Positions 1 through 11,682 of a stretch of DNA of 64,000 nt are shown one piece after another. The stretch is from positions 3,100,001-3,164,000 of the forward strand of contig CM075988.1 of assembly GCA_038087875.1 (NCBI GenBank). The letters are read 5' to 3'. Below the pieces are notes generated by a model. The model worked only from the letters and a program-made list of their open reading frames with translations, had not been told where the DNA came from and ran no database searches. The position numbers were made by a program, and so were the translations under genes. Source of the stretch: Malacoraja senta. Taxonomy: Eukaryota. Each line of letters opens with the position of its first letter. The stretch's first letter is position 1.

Positions 1-904
1 TTTCTAAGTAGGTTTTAATATTTGCCAAGCAGCTGATCTCTGAATGCGGTTCCTTATAGAGAGAGTTGAGCTATAATAAACTTACAGAATTGTTATTGAA
101 TATAACATGATTAATGAATTGGGGAACTCTATATTACGTGGGCCTAATTGGTTATAAAGCAATTTCAATCAGGAATTCGAGAACCACTGTCTTGGAAATA
201 ACTGTTTCCATTTAACTTCTCCTGAGTAATCGGCCACCATTTTCTCTTTAAATCTCCTCCCTCTCACTCATAACCAATGGGACGCCATTGAAAATGACCG
301 GCAATTGCTTCAATTGATGCGTGCAATATTATTCTATTAAATCATGTAGCATAAAACTTCATTTTTAGCTTTTATTTTATTTTTTATATAATATTTGATA
401 TAATATTTTATTTATTATATATTATATATTTTTATTTTTATTTGCAATTATTATTTGTATTATTTATTAATATATTATATTTTGTGTAATATTTATATTA
501 TTTTAGCATTAATGTATATATTTGAAAATCCTGCAGAGGAAAATAACTTTGTTATTACCATCCTGAAACTCTCCAGCCCCGAACCCCGTTTTCACCATTT
601 AATTAGTTGGTTTTCTTCCACAATATTCTCTAACAAGAGGTTTCTTAGGAACACAATTATTATGTTATACCAAAACTATTTGCATTCATTTTTTTTCCAG
701 AACCATTGCAGAATCTAGGGATTTCTGCAGAATCACAATTCTATCTCATCAGATGGAATGCTAGAATATGGGTAAGAGTCATAAAGGGATACAGCACAGA
801 AACAGGCCAAGCAGCACACCAGGTCTGCACAGACGATTAACCTCCCACTTACATTAATCCCAAGTATTTTTACTCCCCATTTTATCAGCACTCTCCCCAG
901 AATT

Positions 905-1200
905 GGGCAGCACAGTGGCGCAATTCTAGAGTTGCTGCCTTAAAGTGCCAAAGATCCGGGTTCGATCCTGGCAATGGGTGCTGTCTGTACGGAGTTTGTA
1001 AATTCTCCCTGTGACCGCATGGGTTTTCTCTGGGTGCCCCAGTTTCCTCCCACACTACAAAGAGGTACAGGTTTGTCGGTAATTGGCTTCTGTAAAAATT
1101 GTAAATTATCCTTAACGTGTAGGATAATGCTAGTGTACAGGGTTGGTGCGGACTCTGTGGGCCAAAGGGCCTGTTTCCGCACTCTGCCTCTAAAGCTGAA
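905..1200 (+). mobile_element. tRNA-derived V-SINE/HE1-like SINE. Further copies at ~6551-6880, 21936-22230, 31559-31810, 51385-51590 (+) and ~9085-9296, 57310-57585, 60835-61115 (-)
   Basis: A-box (cagtggcgca) and B-box (gggttcgatcc), central gtttcctcccacac.ccaaaga domain, and (ctaaa)n tails in several copies. Confidence 0.8.
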
Positions 1201-3349
1201 AAGTCTAAAGATTCCACACACTTGGAGTAATTAACCGAAGCCAATTAACCTCCCAATCTGCATGTCTTTGGGTTGTGGGAGGAAATCAGAAATCTCAGGA
1301 GAAATCCATGAAGTCACATGGAAAAAGTACAAATTGCACACAGACAGTACTGTCAGGGTAGAACCCAGGTCTCTAATGCTGTGAAGCAGTGGCTCTACCA
1401 GCTGCGCCACTGTGCTGCCCTAAATCGGATAATCAGGTCCAGATGGTCCACCAGTACTGTTTATTTAAAGTGCTTCTCTCTTGATAGAACCTTGAGAGAG
1501 TGGAGTCCAGAATAGACTAAATTACTTAAGTGATAGTGAAGACCTAGTGAGTAACAAAAGTATTTTTGGTGAAGATGTAAATAGGGAGAGAACTATGAAA
1601 TGTCAATTACCAGAAGAAGAGAGGAAAGAAAGCTCAGTGTTGGAAACATGAGATGCAGGCTGGAAAAGGTGAATATCTGAAATTGATTTCAATGACAAGA
1701 CTGATGTGCCAAGTCAGAAGATGAGGTACTATTTCTTGAGCATACCTTAAGCTTTGTTGGAGCAGTGTAAGAAGCCAATGATAAAGTTGGAGAGCTAAAG
1801 TGAGAGATAACTGAGTGCTCAGGATCAGGCTTGTGACTATTCTATATAATAATTACCCAAATTCCGGGTGACGAAATGTAAGTGGGATTGTATTGCTTCT
1901 GATGTTGCACGGTGTTGTGAGAAGGGGTTAATTGAATATTGATTGAGATGGAAGGTAGGTGGATGGAACGGTCCCTTTGTAAACTTGAGGTAAGATGAAG
2001 AAGTGTCTTTCTGCGGCGTGGTTGGAAGTGTTTGTAATATAGAGGATGATTCTTTGTGTTAAGGTGAATGATTGGAGGATGGATGAGACCAGCTGAGCTC
2101 TATCGGTTCTGAATGGGGACAGAGGGATTCAGCACAAGAAATAGCAAGAAATGGAACAGATAAAATCTACCATGTAGGAAGGAACTGCAGATGCCGGTTT
2201 AAACTGAAGATAGACTCTAAAAGCTGGAGTAACTCAGCGGGACAGGCAGCATCTCTGGAGAGAAGGAATGGACGATGTTTCGGGATGAGATCCTTCTCTC
2301 CAGAGATGTTGCCCGTCCCGCTGAAGTACTCCAGCTTTTTGTGTCTATTTTAGATACAATCAAACACTTAATCAACCATGATAGGGTAAACCATAGTTGA
2401 GATAAAAGGTATTGAAAGAACTGGTGTGGAAGATGGCAATGTTGGAATAGGTGTGATGGAGACCAGGAGAGTGGAATTAGTCCTCAAAGGGAGCACAGCA
2501 ATGGCACGTTTCCTTTATCATCGTTACTTTTTTGCATATCTTTCATTTTTCTGCATATCTTTCCCCTGACTCTCAGTCTGAAGAAGTGTCTCGACATGAA
2601 AAGTCACCTATTCCATTTTGCCAGAGATGCTATCTGACCCGCTGAGTTACTCCAGCTTTTTGTGTCTATCTTTGGATGCAGGTCACTAAAATGGAAAAAG
2701 AGAAGCAAAAAGTTGTGTATGGGCAAGGTGAAAATGGGAGCAGGGTAGCAATTGTATTTAGAGTCTATGAAACCTATGAGTTGTGTACAAGGGCAGGAAA
2801 TAGCATTATATAGACATCAATGTAAGCAAAAGAACTGAGAGAAAGGATCTAAGTAAGATTAAACAAAGAATGGATCCTACAAATAGAGTGGCTTGAGCTC
2901 TCATAGTTATACCTTTTGTTTTGAGAAATTGAAGGAGTGGGTTTTATTTTATTGAAAATACGGCATTGAAACAGGCCCGTCAGCCCACCCAATGCATGCT
3001 AACTATTGAATACCAATTCACACTTTTTCTGTTATCCCTATTTCTCATCTACTCCCTACAAAAAAGGGGCAATTTACAGAAGCCAATTAACCTGAAAACA
3101 CGCACGTCTTTGGGATGTGGGAGAAAGCCAGAGCACTAATAGGAAACCCACACACTCACAAGGAGAACGTGCAAACTACATACAGAGCACCAGAGTTTAA
3201 TATCAAACTTAGTCTCTGGAGCTGGGGGCTGCAGTTCTACCAGCTGTGCCACTGTGCCGCCAAAGTTGTTACACCATCCAATTCCAGAAAATGAATTAGA
3301 TACGAGTTACTGAACCTTTTTTTCCTCTTTTTCCTGAATTCAGAAGAAA

Positions 3350-5110
3350 TTTGGCCAAGTATGCAAATGTTACGAAGATAGTTGGAGGGGCAGGTAGTGT
3401 AGCAAAATCAGGGACTCTGCAGAAGGACTTGGACAGGTTGGGAGATTGGGCAGAGAAGTGGCAGAAGTTTGGAGTCATGCATTTTTATGGTAGGAACAAA
3501 GGCGTAGACGATTTTCTAAATGGGGAGATAATCCAGAAATCTGAGGTGCAAAGGGACTTGGGGTGCTGGTGCCGGATTCCCAAGAAGTACATTTGCAAGT
3601 CGAATTGGTAGTAAGGAAAGCAAAGGCATTGCTAGCATTTATTTCAAGAGGACTAGATTCAAAATTCAAGAGTTTATTGTCATGTGTCCCAGATAGGACA
3701 ATGAAATTCTTGCTTTGCTTCAGCACAACAGAATATAGTAGGCATAAATAAATACAGAACAGATCAGTGTGACCATATACCATTGAATATATATATACAC
3801 ACATCAATAAGCAGATAAAGTGCAATGCGCTATTAATTTTCAGAGTTTTGAGTTGAGTTTAATAGCCTGATGGCTGTGGGAAAGCAGCTATTCCTGAACC
3901 TGGATGTTGCAGATTTCAGGCTCCTGTACCTTCTACCTAAAGGCAGCGGGGAGATGAGTGAGTGGCCAGGATGGTGTCCTTGATGATGCTGGCAGCCTTT
4001 TTGAGGCAGCGACTGTGATCCCCTTGATGGTAGGGAGGTCAGAGACGATGATGGACTGGGCAGTGTTTACAACTTTTTGCAGTCTTTTCCGCTCTTGGGC
4101 GCTCAAGTTGCCGAACCAAGCCACGATGCAACCGGTCAACATGCTCTCTACTGTGTACCAGTAGAAGTTCGAGATAGTCCTCCTTGACATACCGACTCTC
4201 CGTAATCTCAGGAAGTAGAGGCGCTGATGTGCTTACTTTATAATTGCATCAGGGTTCTCGGACCAGGAGAGATCTTCAGAAGGAATTGATGTCTTACATT
4301 GATGTCTATATACTAGAATACAAAAACAGGGATGTAATGCTGTGTGTAAGAAGTTGCTGCAGATGCTGGCTTAAATCGAAGATAGACACAAAAAGCTGGA
4401 GTAACTCAGCAGAACAGGCAGCATCTCTGGAGGAAAGGAATGTGTGACGTTGCGAGACCCAAATCGTTACCCATTCCTTCTCTCCAGAGATGCTGCCTGT
4501 CCTGCTGAGTTACTCCAGCTTTTTTGTATCTATCTTCAATGTAATGCTGAGATGCTGGTCGGACCACATTTGGAGTATTATGAGCAATTTTAGGCCCCAT
4601 ATCTGGGGAAGGGTGTGCTGGCTCTGGAGTGGGTCCAGAGGAGGTTTGCAAGAATAATCCCAGGAATGAGTGGGTTAACATATGATGAGCATTTGACTAC
4701 ATTGAGCTTCTACTTGCTGGTGTTTAGAAGGATGAGGGGAGACCTCATTGAAAATTACCGGATAGTGAAAGGCCTGGATAGAGTGGATGTTTCCACTAGT
4801 GGGAGAGTCCTAGGACCAGAGGCCATAGCCTCAGAATTAAAGGACGTTCCTTTAGAATTGAGATGAGGAGGAATTTCTTTAGTCAGAGTGGTGAATCTGT
4901 GGAATTCATTGCCACAGAAGGCTGTGCAGGCCAAGTCAATGGATATTTTTAAGGCAGATAGATAGATTCCTGATTAATACAGGTGTCAGGGGTAATGGGG
5001 AGAAGGCAGGAGAATGGGGTTAAGAGGGAGAGATAGAACAGCCATGATTGAATGGCAGAGTAGACGATGGGCCGAATGGCTTAATTCTGCTCCTATCACT
5101 TATGAACATG
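3350..5110 (+). mobile_element. CR1 LINE 3' fragment interrupted by a Rex1 fragment and a Penelope-derived hairpin
   Basis: RT C-terminal motifs (LQKDLDRLGDWAEKWQ, ALEWVQRRF, RRMRGDLIE) resume after the inserts at ~3658-4311 and 4343-4538. Confidence 0.82.
3860..4270 (-). mobile_element. Rex1/Babar-type LINE 3' fragment
   Basis: NFYWYTVESMLTGCIVAWFGN...RLQKVVNTAQ motif. Confidence 0.75.
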
Positions 5111-7014
5111 AAATTCAGCACCTGGATGAAGTGGAAATCTTGTATCTTGTAAGTTGGGGGAAGTTAATATCAGATGTCAGATCAAGATGACGGATGGAGT
5201 ACTCCTGGCAGCTGAAACAAAACAGAACAATTGTGAAGTAATTAATTTTAGTCTGAAATATGAGTAAAGTGTGAAGTGTGCCTGATGATGGCAGGTTCAA
5301 AGCTGAATGAATGATATGTTATTATCACATGTAACATGTCACAGTGAAATTCTTTGTTTTGCTAACGTACACAAAGTATGCAAAGAGTCGCCACGTACAG
5401 GGTGCCGACAAAGTTACAAAAATGTTCAATGTAGTCCCAATGATCCCTCTTTGTTCTTGGTGGCCCCCCATATCGGCTCCCTCTTTGTTCTTGATGGCCC
5501 TCCACATCGGCTCCCTCTTTGTTCTTGGTGGCTCTCCCTCTGTGTTCCCTCGGCAGTCCCCCCCCCACGCCAGGTCCCTCTTTGTTCCCTCTGTGACGCG
5601 TCCTCAACCAACCTCTGGCACCCACCACGGACCTGGCCCGGATCCTATATGGGATCCTGACTGTGTAAACAGATATGGAATAGAAAGCTTTCAGATTTAC
5701 TAAACATTTTTCAAACATTAGGTTGGTGCGGGAAAGTAGTATCCAACACTGTAGGAAGGGCTACAAGAGCTTGGAGGACACCGAATTGTAAAGGAATAGT
5801 GTAGAGATACTGGAATTAGGGCTGTTTTCCATGGATCAAAGCAGATTAAAGATTTTCTAGGTGTTCAATGATTTGATTCAATGATACTTTATTGTCACGT
5901 GTGTCTAGGTAAAGTGAACTGCTTTGTTTTGCATACAACCCAGTAAAATCATGCAGCAGTTCTCACAAGAGTCGGCACGTTTCTGGCACCGAAAAAGTTC
6001 ACCAAACAGTTTTGTCTTCTGCTCACAGCGGCAAATCAGGCCTGCCGTCGGTCATGGCCACAGGCGGCCCCCCCCGCCGGGTCCCCCCTTTCTTCTTAGC
6101 GTTCAGGATGTTGATTGAGTAAATAAGGAGAAACTGTTTCTAATGAAGGCAGTCAGTAATTGGAAAGCCTAGGCATAACATAAATTAGATTTCAAAGATT
6201 TACCAAACGTTTATAAATCATTAGGCTGGCGCTGGAAAATAGTTTCCAACACTAGGAAACGCTATAAGAGCTTGGAGGACACAGAATTGTAAGGAATGGT
6301 GCAGCGATGCTGGAATTAGGGCACTTTCCTTGGATCAAAGCTGATTAAAGATCTGCTAGGTGTTCGGGATGTTGATTAAGTAAATAAGGAGAAACTGTTT
6401 CCAATGAAGGATGTCAGAAATTGGAGAACACAAGAATAAAATAATTAGCTGCAAATGGTGGGAAACATGAAGAATATTCCTTTACATAATTGTGATGAGC
6501 TGGAATTCAATGCCTGAGAACGTGCGTGGAGTAGATTTAATAACTTTACTGGGCAGCACAGTGACGCGGCAGTAGAGTTGCTCCCTTCCAGCACTTACAG
6601 CGCCAGAGACCCAGGTTCGATTCCGAGTACGGGTGCTGTCTATACGGAGTTTGTACGTTCTCCCTGTGACCGCGTGGGTTTTTTCCAAAATCTTTGGTTT
6701 TCTCCCACACTCCAAAGACGTACAGGATTGTATGTTAATTGGCTTGGCATAAATACATAAATGTAAAATTGTCCTTAGTATGTGTAGGGTAGTGTTAATG
6801 TGCGGGTATCGCTGGTCAATGCGGACTCGGTGAGCCAAAGGGCCTGTTTCCGCTCTGTATCTCTAAACTAAACTAAACTTTCAGTAGGTTAGGAAAGTTC
6901 TTTGAAAGAATCAGCACAGCACATTGAGCTGAACCATTACTCCTAATGCTGTTTCATTCCATGTTGCTGTATTTTCTTCTGCATGCATATAGGTGATAGG
7001 AAAGGCAAACATCA

Positions 7015-7033
7015 TAGCCACCAGGTGGCACTC
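7015..7033 (+). promoter_or_regulatory. Candidate CTCF binding site
   Basis: tagCCACCAGGTGGCActc closely matches the vertebrate CTCF core motif and lies in apparently non-repeat sequence. Confidence 0.4.
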
Positions 7034-8516
7034 AGACATGCACTATTGGCCCAGCATGCGATCCACCAGCTACAGTCACGCATTAATTCCAATGCAGAAA
7101 GGGATAGTTAATAGGACATCTGTCACCTCGTTGGCAAGGAAAGTATCAACTTCACTGAAAAGCTGAAGCAGATTCTTTGGTTTAGAATGATCAGTTTGGG
7201 GAAAATCAATGTGGTCTCCTGTCCACAAGTAAGTTACTCATACAGATGTACAGTGAGGGGAGTTGCCAATTAGGAATAGGTGTCGTTTCCGGTCGAGACC
7301 CTTCTTCAGACCCAAACATCATCTATTATTTTTCTCCAGAGATGATGCCTGACCCACTGAGTTACTCCAGCACTTTGCGTCTCTCTTCAGTGTAAACCGA
7401 TATCTGCAGTTCCTTCCAACACGAGTGCATGAATTGGGTGCCACTTGATTCTTCCAACCATCTCCACCATTTCATAAGATCTTTGCTGATCTGACTGTAA
7501 CTCAACTCCACATTCTTGTCTACCCACAACAAGAGGAAGGGTCTCGACTCGAAACGCCACCCATTCCTTTTCTCCAGAGATGCCGTCTGACAATTTACTC
7601 CAGCTTTTTGTGTCTATCTTCAACCTAAATGAAGAGACAGATACTGTGCACTGTATTCCTGATGTAGTCTCATTTATGCCCTACATAACTGAAGTTTATC
7701 ATTTACCCTAGCAATAACATGCCTAACTACTTGGCAAGATGCTACCTCCTTCACCATGAACTTTTATATTTATATACCTTTGATACAGTATTTTATGAAA
7801 TATTTACTGGGAATCTAAGCGTAGTACATTGCTAGTTTCCTCTTATCCACTCCTCATGCTACTTCTTCAAATTCTTGGTCAAGCAAAATTTCCCGATCAA
7901 TAAATCTTATTTCAAATGCTCTGTGCATTCAGATACAGAGCAAATAGGATGCCCTTTTTTAAAAATTATTTTTGCATTTCTAGCATTTAACTAAATATTT
8001 ACTCATAGATTTTCACTCCCTAACCCTTCATGTCACAGTTTATTATTTTATATGTTAATACCTTTCTATGTAACCCTTACTCAGTTTACTACAATTTTGT
8101 AATGTTGCTCCCCCTTCCTCCACTATATAGGTTAAAATTCCTCCCTACTTCACTAATTACTTGACGCTCAATATAATTATCAATAGCACACCGCTCACAC
8201 CTATCTATACTATTACTAAAACTTTCATCTTAACCACTTCCGGTTTGCTTTTTTTTATAAATTTGCGCAAAATTGGTACCCTTTATCGGTAGAATTTTTC
8301 GCCACCTTACTCACCGTTCTCTCCTCCAAGCACACCAAGTTTTGTTCCGATCGGTGGAAGATTACCAAAGTTATGAAGGTTTAAAAAATCGTGAGTTCGG
8401 CCGATTGATCTTCTCGCCTGTCAGTCACCATGAAGGTAACGCCCCTTCCGGTACCCGCTGGAGAACAAAGCCCCGGAGGCGGGGCTTAATCCGCAAGTGC
8501 TGACTGAGTCTGCAAG

Positions 8517-8825
8517 AGTGGAGTCGTGAAAGTCGCTGTGTGGAGTCGGGAAAGTCGCTGTGTGGAGTCGGGAAAGTCGCTGTGTGGAGTCGGGAGGTGC
8601 TGTGTGGAGTTGGGAAAGTCACTGTGTGGAGTCAGGAAAGTCGCTGTGTGGAGTCAGGAAAGTCGCTGTGTGGAGTCGGGAAATTCGCTGTGTGGAGTCG
8701 GGAAAGTCGCTGTGTGGAGTCGGGAGGTGCTGTGTGGAGTTGGGAAAGTCACTGTGTGGAGTCAGGAAAGTCGCTGTGTGGAGTCGGGAAAGTCGCTGTG
8801 TGGAGTCGGGAAAGTCGCTGTGTGG
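8517..8825. repeat. Minisatellite, ~22-bp unit GGAGTCGGGAAAGTCGCTGTGT with shorter variants, followed by C/A-rich low complexity to ~9085
   Basis: About 14 tandem units visible. It produces spurious repetitive ORFs in three frames. Confidence 0.92.
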
Positions 8826-10789
8826 TGCCGCGGCCGGTGGCCGCTGAGTGGATTCCCCCCCTCCCCATACACCCCCCACACACACACACACCCCACATCG
8901 CTCCCCCTCCTCCCCACACACACCCCCTTCCCCTCCTCCCCACACACCCAGCCACACCAGCCCACCTCTCCCCACATCACCCCCCCCACACCACCTCACC
9001 CCCCCCACACTACCCCACCCCCCCCACACTACCCCCCCCCCCCTACACCACCCCACCCATCACCATTCCACCCCACCATCCCGTAAACTAACACCATCCT
9101 ACACACTAGGGACATTTTACAATTTACTCAAGCCAATTAACCTACAAACCTGTGCATCTTTGGAATGTGGGAGGAAACCAGAGAACACTGAAAACCCACG
9201 CGGTCACAGGGAGAATGTACAAACTTCTGTACCCGTGGTCAGGATTGAACCCGGATTTCTGGCGCTGTAAGGCAGCAACTCTACCGCTGTGCCACCCCAA
9301 AATCTTATTTGTCCTATGGGAGTACAAGGTTAAGTTTTAATCATTTGTGCTTTTTATAGTTTTCAAATTATTTAGTTTAAAATATAAAATGCTATTTTTA
9401 TATGTTGTGGTGGTTAACATGTTACTGAAAATGCAATGATTCATGGATTGCTAATCGTAGCATTGCATCATTTTCTTCGAATCCTGAACACAAATCATAG
9501 GAATTCATAACAGAATGGCATTGCAAGAGACTATTTCTATTTTGTGTCAGATTGGTTCACTATATCTGTCACTGGTATCTAATTGTTAAATAGATATGAT
9601 CTAGTTCGGGATTTAACAAGTTGAATTGTTTCAGCATCGTAACTATGAATCTTATGCTGCAATGAGGTTTTCAAAGAGTTTGTTTTTCATGAGGTTTTCA
9701 TAGAGTTGTTTGGATGGTCATCAACAGACTTGCATCAATTTATTGAGACAAAATGCTCAGATGTTTCTGTACTTTATGACCAGTGTTGCTACATGTCTGC
9801 AACAATGCACTCTGGCCAAGAAACTTTCTAAACATCTGGAACAGTATCAACATATCTGCATGGCAACTTTCCCAAGCATGATGCATTCTACAGATATGGA
9901 ACTGGAGGAAAGAAGTAGAAATAAACGTTTTTTTTTAAACCAAACTTGTAGATCAATGGATTCTGTTTAGATTGAGATTTATTGAGGCAAAGTGTTTCCT
10001 TGTGGTAAATTGTATGTCGTAAATTGAATAAGGACTACAGATGAAGACATTTTAACATATAAACAAACTGACAAGAAGGGGTAAGGAGTAAAAACCCAAG
10101 AGTACATCTGTGGACAGGGCTAGAGAATGTAAAAATAATAAAAGGCCATCCTAGATGCTCCATATCTGAATGCCCATAGCATTTGAAATGTGTCGGAAGG
10201 AACTGCAGATGCTGGCTTAAGTCGAAGATGAACACAAAGAGCTGTAGTAACTCAGCGGGTCAGGCAGCATTTCTGGAGAAAAGGAGGTGACGTTTCTGGT
10301 CTAAAGAAAGGTCTCGACAAAAAACGTCACCTATTCCTTTTCTCCAGAGATGCTGTCTGACCCGCTGAGTTACTCCAGCTTTTTGTGTCTATCTTTACCA
10401 TTTGAAACATGTTTTTTTAAATCAGAAAGTCTCGCCTGGCAGTCCAGGTGAGGCATTTTGCCTTGAGAGCAAATACAAAAAACAGGGAGGCAGGGGAAGT
10501 AAAAAATAAGGAGTGCATTGGAGAAGGCTGGGAAACTCAATGTGTGTTGGGTATCGGGTCTTCTGGATGAGCCTTTAGTTTCTGGTAAGGTACATGTGTT
10601 CAAAGATAAATCCTTCCTCATACTTCCAAAGGCTATTTTTACCATCACATTAATTAAAGGATCCAAAATTAACATGTAAGCTGTTCTGCCAACCAAGTAA
10701 TGGAATGTAGGCAGCTGATCAGTCTTGTACATAGAAAATCAAAAGACCTTGTAAAACAAAATAGACAGTCTAAACCCAAAATAGACAGT

Positions 10790-11390
10790 TGGGTTTAGTT
10801 TATTGTCACGTGCACTGAGGTACAGCAAACAGCTTTCCTTGTTAACCACAGCTGAAAAACAACACATGATTACAATCGAGCCATCCACAGTGTACAGATA
10901 TATGATAAAGGGAATAACGTGAATAACGTTTAGTGCAACATAAGTCCATTAAAGTCCGATCAAAGATAGTCCGAGGGTCTCCAATGAGGTAGATAGTAGT
11001 TCAGGGTTGCTCCCTGGTTGTTGGTAGGAATGTTCAGTTGCCTGATAACAGCTCGGAAAAAACTGTCCCTGAATGTGGAGGTATGCGTTTTCACATTTCT
11101 ATACCTTTTGCCCAATGGGAGAGGGGAGAAGTGGGAGTGGCCAGGGTGCAACTCGTCCTTGATTATACTGGTGGCCTTGCCGAGGCAGCGTGAGGTGTCA
11201 ATAGAGTCAATGGAAAGGAGGTTGGTTTGTGTGATGGTATGGGCTGCGTCCACAATTCGCTGCAATTTCTTGCGGTCTTGGATGGAGTTGTTCCCAATCA
11301 TGCTGTGATACATCCTGAAAAAATGCTTTCTACGGCACATCTGTTGAAGTTGGTGAGAGTTGTTGGGGACATGCCGAACTTCCTAACTTT
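10790..11390 (-). mobile_element. Rex1/Babar-type LINE 3' fragment and tail
   Basis: QDRKKLQRIV..AH.IT...HPGH..F..LP.G.RYR...T..FRDSFF motif. Confidence 0.75.
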
Positions 11391-11682
11391 CTTGGTTATT
11401 GTAAACAAGCACCAGACAGTGTATGATTTAAACACATCTTTAATCAGCACTGAAACTTAGCAGCGTTGAGGACAATAGGTTGTCAGTACATCCTAGCTGC
11501 TCAGACTGGCAGTGCCGGGAACGAGCGTTATTATGTGTTATAGTGGGGTGGAGTTAGTGATGCTGGCTATGTGTAATTGGTTCACATGCATCATCAATCT
11601 ACATCCTTCCCCCTAAAGATTAAATGTGGAAAGGGCACCCATACCATGAAGTTAAACATACTCGCCATATCTGTCTGGTGGT

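Noticed and set aside
330..718. 87-aa ORF 455-718
   Set aside because: Starts in AT-rich low-complexity sequence, with no splice or homology support.
905..980. tRNA gene
   Set aside because: The A/B boxes belong to a SINE head followed by SINE body, and many degenerate copies exist.
8517..8825. CRISPR-like array or repetitive protein ORFs (8526-9091)
   Set aside because: Contiguous tandem units with no unique spacers, in a eukaryotic context. The ORFs are an artefact of the minisatellite.
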